A stretch of 64,000 nucleotides of DNA from an uncultured bacterium (lineage in GTDB: Bacteria > Oederibacteriota > Oederibacteriia > Oederibacteriales > Oederibacteriaceae). The translations under genes were made by a program, and so were the position numbers. Positions within the stretch are counted from its first letter, which is position 1; the number at the start of each line of letters is the position of its first letter. The notes below the pieces were generated by a model. It saw only the letters and a list, made by a program, of their open reading frames with translations. It had not been told where the DNA came from and did no database searches. Location of the stretch: positions 1,696,001 through 1,760,000 of the forward strand of contig OZ218778.1 in NCBI GenBank assembly GCA_965112635.1, read 5' to 3'. Positions 58,854-64,000 of the stretch are shown here, in pieces.

Positions 58854-59825
58854 ATGACCTTTAAAAAACAAGGGATGGGTCTCTTGTTTTGTTTTTTAAT
58901 TTTACAGCTTTGTCACGCGCCTGTGCTGTCGGCCAGCGGTGCGGCCGGCGCTTCTTTTCTCCTCACCGAGCCTGGAGCGCGGCCGGTGGCCATGGCTGGA
59001 GCATTTACGGCCATGACCGGTGACCTTAATGCCATCAATTACAATCCCGCCAGTATCTGCACCTTTAATACATGGCAATGTTCCTTTGCCCATGTGAGCC
59101 TATATCAAGATACGGTCAATGAATGGGTGGCCGCCGCAGGCCCCTTTTATCATCTGGGTTCCATAGGGGGTTATTTACTCTATACAGGGGACAACAACTT
59201 TGTGATCACGGATGATAACGGCAATGATGTGGGGAAAGCGGATGCCTACAATATAGCTGGTTCTTTCGCTTATGCCGGAAAATTAATGAAATCCCTGGCG
59301 GGCGGTATTTTGATCAAGGGATTTTCCAGCAAGTTATATCAATATACTAATTACGGATTGGCCTTGGATGCCGGCGCCCAGCTTAGAAGCCCCATGCGTG
59401 GTTTATTTGCCGGCCTGTCTATCCAAAACGCGGGATATCAAACTGCTTTTATCCAGGTAGCCGATCCTCTACCGGAGGTGGTAAGGGCTGGGATTTTATA
59501 CCATTATTCCCTCGGCCGCTTGTATCATTCTCAAATCGAGGATAATCGTATGACGGTTAGCGTGGAACATGTTTTCAGCCTGGTTGAGGGCGAGGTGGAC
59601 CGTAACCTGGCCGGGGTGGAATTTGGCCTGGGAGAGTCTTTTTTTTTCAGGGGAGGCTTGATGATCGGGGAAGAACTGGCCGGTTACAGCCTGGGATTTG
59701 GAGCGGCGTATGAAAATTTCAGGTTGGATTATGCCTATGTGCCCTATGAGTATTTAGGTGATACCCACCGCCTGCAATTAACCTATTCCTTTTCAGAAGC
59801 AGAGCAGGCCCCGGCTCAAAAATGA
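58854..59825 (+). CDS. PorV/PorQ-family (FadL-like) outer-membrane barrel
   Basis: FL...PGARPVAMAGAF.A...D..A..YNPA, D.G, G.S.QN.G, R.G, DYAY.P...LG.THR..L.YSF. Confidence 0.85.
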   Translation: MTFKKQGMGLLFCFLILQLCHAPVLSASGAAGASFLLTEPGARPVAMAGAFTAMTGDLNAINYNPASICTFNTWQCSFAHVSLYQDTVNEWVAAAGPFYHLGSIGGYLLYTGDNNFVITDDNGNDVGKADAYNIAGSFAYAGKLMKSLAGGILIKGFSSKLYQYTNYGLALDAGAQLRSPMRGLFAGLSIQNAGYQTAFIQVADPLPEVVRAGILYHYSLGRLYHSQIEDNRMTVSVEHVFSLVEGEVDRNLAGVEFGLGESFFFRGGLMIGEELAGYSLGFGAAYENFRLDYAYVPYEYLGDTHRLQLTYSFSEAEQAPAQK

Positions 59826-59835
59826 TGGTATTTTT

Positions 59836-59967
59836 CTAGTTTTCTGCGGAGTGGAGGTCGTCCGCCTTACGGCGAGACGGACTGCTTTGATATTAATTCT
59901 CAGCGGAATGCAGTCCGCCTTACGGCGAGACGGATTAGTTTTCTGCGGAATGCAGTCCGCCGGAGCC
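59836..59967 (-). repeat. Three tandem copies of the ETF-QO gene 3' end separated by a 21-bp palindrome
   Basis: Minus strand encodes GSGGLHSAEN* (59935-59967), GGLHSAEN* (59893-59919), DLHSAEN* (59836-59859); TCCGCCTTACGGCGAGACGGA at 59861-59881 and 59914-59934. Confidence 0.9.
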
Positions 59968-60004
59968 TTCTTTTCCAGATCATGGCAATTTAGATTGGGT
60001 ATGC

Positions 60005-60055
60005 TTGACAGGTGGAGTGTAGAAAGATACACTCAAAGGTGTAAAACAATACACC
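60005..60055 (+). promoter_or_regulatory. Sigma70 promoter with two tandem palindromic operators
   Basis: TTGACA-N17-TACACT; GAGTGTA-N6-TACACTC (60015-60034) and GGTGTA-N6-TACACC (60038-60055). Confidence 0.75.
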
Positions 60056-60068
60056 GGAGGGAAACAGC

Positions 60069-60614
60069 ATGATCCCGTTGAAGTCTAATGAAGCCAGGAC
60101 TGTTCTGGGCTATCTCTATCTCCACGACAACGAGCGTTTGTATGCCAATGAAATGGCGGCCAAGTTCGGGTTGGATAAAAGGAATTTGGTCAAAAAGCTC
60201 AAAACCCTGGAAAAAGAGGAAGTATTGCAAAGCGAAAAACAAGGAAATGCCGTGTATTATTCAATAAATAAAAAACATCCATTTTATGAAGAATACAAAA
60301 AAATTGTCCTGCGCACGGCGGGGGTCGAAGCTCAATTAAAAAAGGCATTACAATCCCTGGAAGGAATAAAAGAGGCTTATATTTTTGGCTCCTATGCCAA
60401 GAACCATATGGATGCCCATAGTGACATTGATCTTTTGGTCATTGGCGAGGCGGGGACCGTATCCCTGCAGGGGGCCATTGCCCCTTTGCAAAAGCATATT
60501 AAAAGGGTGATCAATGTCATCAATATGGCAGAAGGTGAATTTAAACAAAGAAAAGATAAAAAAGACCCTCTTGTCAAAGAAATCTTGGCCAATAAAAGGA
60601 TCAGGCTGATATGA
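60069..60614 (+). CDS. wHTH + minimal nucleotidyltransferase (MNT) antitoxin-like protein
   Basis: N-terminal winged HTH; IFGSYA......SDIDL motif. Confidence 0.9.
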   Translation: MIPLKSNEARTVLGYLYLHDNERLYANEMAAKFGLDKRNLVKKLKTLEKEEVLQSEKQGNAVYYSINKKHPFYEEYKKIVLRTAGVEAQLKKALQSLEGIKEAYIFGSYAKNHMDAHSDIDLLVIGEAGTVSLQGAIAPLQKHIKRVINVINMAEGEFKQRKDKKDPLVKEILANKRIRLI

Positions 60615-61039
60615 ATGAAAATGAATATTTCAAAAAGTTTGAATTTACCAAGGAGCAGATACTGGGCTATTTGAACAAGGCTCGAGGAGATCTCGAGATA
60701 GCCGGTGAATCCAAGCGAACCGAAGTAAAATTCCAATTTTCTTACAATGCATTGATCAAGGCCGGGATCGCCTTGATCGCAGTGTTAAAGAAGGAAAAGG
60801 TCCGCAGTGTTCCCGGGCATCATGTGAAGATACTGGAGGTTATGAGCAAGCTTTTGGGGGACGATCTGGTATATCAGGTCGGCAATGCCATGCGCACAAA
60901 AAGAAACTTAGACCTTTATGAGGGCAAAAGCGTGGTGACAGAAAAAGAAGCCGGGGATTACTATGAGTTTACTGGGAAAATATTAAAGAAGATCGATATT
61001 CTCTTAAAGGATAGGCTCAAGAAAAATATTATTTTGTGA
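60611..61039 (+). CDS. HEPN-domain protein (toxin-like)
   Basis: A..DL..A, SYNA, GHH, R.KRN..LY; ATGA overlap with the MNT gene. Confidence 0.82.
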   Translation: MNENEYFKKFEFTKEQILGYLNKARGDLEIAGESKRTEVKFQFSYNALIKAGIALIAVLKKEKVRSVPGHHVKILEVMSKLLGDDLVYQVGNAMRTKRNLDLYEGKSVVTEKEAGDYYEFTGKILKKIDILLKDRLKKNIIL

Positions 61040-61040
61040 G

Positions 61041-61086
61041 TTAGTTCTCCGCGGAGTGGAGGCCGTCCGCCTTACGGCGAGACGGA
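61041..61086 (-). repeat. Extra gene-end copy (GLHSAEN*) plus 21-bp palindrome directly after the ETF-QO stop
   Basis: Minus strand ggc ctc cac tcc gcg gag aac taa (61041-61064); palindrome at 61066-61086. Confidence 0.88.
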
Positions 61087-62940
61087 TTAGTTTTCTGCGG
61101 AATGCAGTCCGCCGGAGCCGGCTATAAAGCGGATATTATTCTTTTCCGGGTCTTCGGGCAAGGCGACCGAACAGTTCCAGATACAGCCGCCGCAGTGGAT
61201 GCACTTTTCCCGGTCAAACACAGGGGTTCCTTCCGGGCCGGGCGCGATGGCCTGGGCCGAGCACATCTCCATGCAAACCCTTTTTTCGCATTGCCGGCAG
61301 AGTTCTGGCCTCAAAAAGAGCACGTGGTCGCGGACCCCGGAGGCCGGGGCCTGGACCTTGCCGCCCATCAACAGCACATCCTGCTGGGTCACCAATAGTT
61401 TGCCGTCAAAGGGGATAGGTGGCCAGCCGAGCTTGTCCATGATGGCGTCGTGCAGGGTGGTGCCTTTTTGGCGGCACTGCACTTTTATCCGGCGCAATTC
61501 TTCGGGAGTTAGGCGGCCTTTATAATATTCCTCCAGGGATTTAAAGCTCTGGTGGGCCGGTTTGGATTTGGCGGGGATGTTCAAAAGGCCCGCGGTCATG
61601 CCGGTCAGGCCCATGCCCAGGATGCCGGCAATAAAGCCGTATTGAAAACCGTTCCGGGATTTTGCCGCTATCTTTCCCTCTTTGTGGATGGCGCTCCGGC
61701 GGCGTACCTGGACATAGACTTCGTCCAGGTTGGCCTTGGTAAAAGGTTTTTTCTGCCGCAACAACTTGAGCACTCCTTCAGCCAGCATCACGCCGGTCTG
61801 CCAGGCTTCATCCACGCCTGAGCCGGTCAGGATGTTGGTGGAGCCGGAAGTTTCGCCGATGACCGCGAACCCGTCTCCGGCCAGCTGGGGTTCGCCCCTC
61901 AGGCCGGACTCCATCAGGGACTTGGCCGCCCAGGAACGCAGGGTTGCGCCTTTGAGGTATTGCCACAGATAGGGGTGCATCATCCAGTGCTGCAGGGTGC
62001 GGTAGGAAGTGCGGGCCGGGTTGGCCAGGGTCGAGGGGACGAAGATGCCCAAAGAGGCGATATTGTTGGGATAAACATACATAAAGCCGAATATCTCCGG
62101 CTCAGGATACCCAAAAGTGTGCAGGACCGTGCCGGGTTTGAGGCCATGGCCCTCGGGAAGGTCCACCACGACTTTCATGCCCACGGCCCATTCATGCTTG
62201 TGGCGGTTGTCGGGCATGCCAAAAACTTCCTCCAGCTGATGGCTGACCGGGCCGGAAGGGCCATCTCCGATGACGGTCAGGTCCGCCTCGATGTCCATGC
62301 CGGGCATGTAGTTAGCCTCCGGGTTTCCTTTTTTATCCGTGCCCTGGTCCATGAGCCGGATGCCTTTGACCGCCGAGCCTTCGATAATGGCGCTGTCCAC
62401 GGGCATGGCCGGCCATATCTGCACCAGGCCGGTCCCCATGAGCTGGGAGCCGACCCACTGGTTGAACTGTCCCATGGACAGGACCATGCCGCCATGCTTG
62501 GCCAGGAAAGGCGGGATGAAGGGCAGTTTGACCGCGTAGTTCTTGTAAAAAGGATTGGCCCAGCCAAAAGCCTTGATGAACCATTCTTTAGTTCTGATGA
62601 TCCAGGAACGGTTGCTGGCGCCGATAGGGTCCAACAGGTAGAGGATGCGCTCTTCGGTCACAGGAGCGGCCAGGGGGATGTCCGCGGGTTTGAGGTCAGG
62701 GAAGCTCTGGCGGATATATTTGGCCTTCGTGACCACGCCGGACACGCCGGCGCTGATATCGTCCGCCCGTTCGTAGCACAGGACCTGCAGGGGTGTGCCG
62801 GGCTGGCTGGGGCTGCTGAGGATATTAGCGTTCTTATCCGTCATCTGGCGGGTCAGGGTGGTCAAAAACCCGGCCATGGCCGGGCCAAAGCCCACGCAGG
62901 CGATATCCACTTTCATTTTTTGGCGTTCTACTTCGGGCAT
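61087..62940 (-). CDS. ETF:quinone oxidoreductase / FixC-FixX-like flavoprotein with C-terminal 4Fe-4S domain
   Basis: VG.GPA FAD motif, G..L.D.G....G, HT.G.P, GF.Y, CxxC....C...C and CIHCGGC. Confidence 0.85.
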   Translation of the reverse strand: MPEVERQKMKVDIACVGFGPAMAGFLTTLTRQMTDKNANILSSPSQPGTPLQVLCYERADDISAGVSGVVTKAKYIRQSFPDLKPADIPLAAPVTEERILYLLDPIGASNRSWIIRTKEWFIKAFGWANPFYKNYAVKLPFIPPFLAKHGGMVLSMGQFNQWVGSQLMGTGLVQIWPAMPVDSAIIEGSAVKGIRLMDQGTDKKGNPEANYMPGMDIEADLTVIGDGPSGPVSHQLEEVFGMPDNRHKHEWAVGMKVVVDLPEGHGLKPGTVLHTFGYPEPEIFGFMYVYPNNIASLGIFVPSTLANPARTSYRTLQHWMMHPYLWQYLKGATLRSWAAKSLMESGLRGEPQLAGDGFAVIGETSGSTNILTGSGVDEAWQTGVMLAEGVLKLLRQKKPFTKANLDEVYVQVRRRSAIHKEGKIAAKSRNGFQYGFIAGILGMGLTGMTAGLLNIPAKSKPAHQSFKSLEEYYKGRLTPEELRRIKVQCRQKGTTLHDAIMDKLGWPPIPFDGKLLVTQQDVLLMGGKVQAPASGVRDHVLFLRPELCRQCEKRVCMEMCSAQAIAPGPEGTPVFDREKCIHCGGCIWNCSVALPEDPEKNNIRFIAGSGGLHSAEN

Positions 62941-62984
62941 GTTTGGTTTCCTTTAAAAAATTGCCGCTTTAGATGGAGGAATAT

Positions 62985-63344
62985 TTAAAACTCCAGCTTG
63001 CGGGTTCTAACTAAACCCGGAGCGATAATCGTGATACGGCCTGCAACTTCCTTCTCTTTAAGTTCCCCGTAGTAAACGGTAAAAACCTTAGTTATTTGGG
63101 ACGCGGTAAAATGATTCGGTGTGCGGATCAGAATAAGTCCCGCGGGATATGGCTTCAGGCGGGACAAGGGAAAATCTAAATCCCTTGTAATAATAATTCT
63201 TTTTTCGGATGCAGCTAATTTCCAAATTATCTCATCAGAGCAGCCCTTAAATTGGCTTTCCGCTATATCCAGGACATCTTCACCTGACTTTTTGAGGAAT
63301 AGGATAAGATTATAGGGAAGGTTTTCATCAACGAGGAAGCGCAT
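62985..63344 (-). CDS. DUF5615 PIN-like toxin (VapC45-like)
   Basis: MRFLVDENLP, SD..I...A..E.RIIITRDLDF; start 63344. Confidence 0.88.
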   Translation of the reverse strand: MRFLVDENLPYNLILFLKKSGEDVLDIAESQFKGCSDEIIWKLAASEKRIIITRDLDFPLSRLKPYPAGLILIRTPNHFTASQITKVFTVYYGELKEKEVAGRITIIAPGLVRTRKLEF

Positions 63345-63555
63345 GCACCTTTTCCTGCACCAGAGTTTCTGTGGCATAAGACAACGCTGCGTGCACGTCA
63401 GAAATATTGAGGCGATATTCACGGCAAATTTCTTCAGGGCTCATGCCTCCGGCCATAGCTCCTGTAATGACATGAACAGGCACACGGGTGCCTTTGATGA
63501 CGGGTTTGCCGCCCATAACTTTTGGATCAATCATAATATGAGATTTTCTAAGCAT
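63328..63555 (-). CDS. DUF433 antitoxin (VapB45-like)
   Basis: DPKVMGGKPVIKGTRVPV, GMS.EEI...Y.L...DV.AALSYA. Confidence 0.92.
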   Translation of the reverse strand: MLRKSHIMIDPKVMGGKPVIKGTRVPVHVITGAMAGGMSPEEICREYRLNISDVHAALSYATETLVQEKVHALPR

Positions 63556-63615
63556 CCAGTGCTCCTTTCTTTGAACTTAAGTAAATTATATCATTTCTTG
63601 GTTTGATTGGCAGAG

Positions 63616-64000
63616 TTACACCGGGTAATCCAAAATCTCCGGGATCATGACTTTGTTCAGGGCTTCGGCAGCACGGTCCTTGGCCAGTCCCGCGCCGGCC
63701 AGGCTGGCGTCCAGGCTGGCGGACAGTTTCTGGAACTCGTCGACAGCTTTTCCGGGAGCCTGATAACCGTAGACCAGGGTGGAGCAGACCTTGCTCACTT
63801 CACCAGCGCAGCGGGCCGCCTGGACCTGGGAAAGGTCAAAGTAAAAGTTGAGCAATCCTGCCAGTCCCTCGGCTACCGTGGGGCTGTTGGGCCCTTTGGT
63901 CTCCAGTTCCAGGACATCCTGTATCAGGCAGCGGGTCGCCAGGATCCAGCACAGGGCGTCGGCCAGGGGGAAGACGATCCCCTGGCGGTTGCTGTGATAA
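63616..64000 (-). CDS. Probable acyl-CoA dehydrogenase-like protein, C-terminal part (truncated by window end)
   Basis: Frame open to the window edge: YHSNRQGIVFPLADALCW...MIPEILDYPV*; RQG..F.LAD resembles the ACAD FQG..F.LAD motif; lies upstream of the ETF-QO-like gene. Confidence 0.65.
   Translation of the reverse strand, partial: YHSNRQGIVFPLADALCWILATRCLIQDVLELETKGPNSPTVAEGLAGLLNFYFDLSQVQAARCAGEVSKVCSTLVYGYQAPGKAVDEFQKLSASLDASLAGAGLAKDRAAEALNKVMIPEILDYPV

Larger units (their letters stand above)
59913..61119. mobile_element. Direct-repeat-flanked MNT-HEPN cassette with no recombinase
   Basis: 55-bp identical direct repeat at 59913-59967 and 61065-61119. Confidence 0.65.

Noticed and set aside
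59836-59967. Possible mini CRISPR array
   Set aside because: The 'spacers' are themselves copies of a gene end, the repeat is only 21 bp with three copies in total, and no cas genes are present.
59851-60072. 73-aa ORF across the repeat cluster
   Set aside because: Its internal repeats simply mirror the DNA repeats and it overlaps the MNT promoter; no coding evidence.

Overview
Bacterial chromosomal window from a diderm: it encodes outer-membrane beta-barrels, ExbB/ExbD/TonB and a PorV-like protein. I cannot assign the taxon from sequence alone. The first ~44 kb is mostly housekeeping: the end of the spc/alpha ribosomal operon (map-infA-rpmJ-rpsMKD-rpoA-rplQ), argCJ, menA, cca, glmU-prs-rplY-pth, HU, fumC, ilvD and etfBA. 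Accessory genes are interspersed. The most notable observations follow. (1) An ECF sigma/anti-sigma locus (51.8-59.8 kb) in which the membrane-anchored anti-sigma ends in the same FlgD-Ig/T9SS-like C-terminal domain as the two downstream secreted proteins. The locus ends with a PorV-like barrel and is preceded by TPR-barrel-ExbBD-TonB genes. (2) Five copies of the last codons of the ETF-quinone-oxidoreductase-like gene (LHSAEN*), differing almost only at synonymous positions. They alternate with a 21-bp palindrome and bracket an MNT-HEPN cassette with a perfect 55-bp direct repeat, with no recombinase in the window. (3) A Crp/Fnr-linked YceI-porin-START-polyprenyl synthase module with a class II CRP-like site. 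(4) A terminator/antiterminator leader before a KimA-like transporter. (5) infA apparently starting at ATA. (6) A tandem SPOUT pseudo-dimer. No rRNA, tRNA, CRISPR array, integrase or transposase was recognised. All family assignments come from motif recognition by eye, not from database searches.
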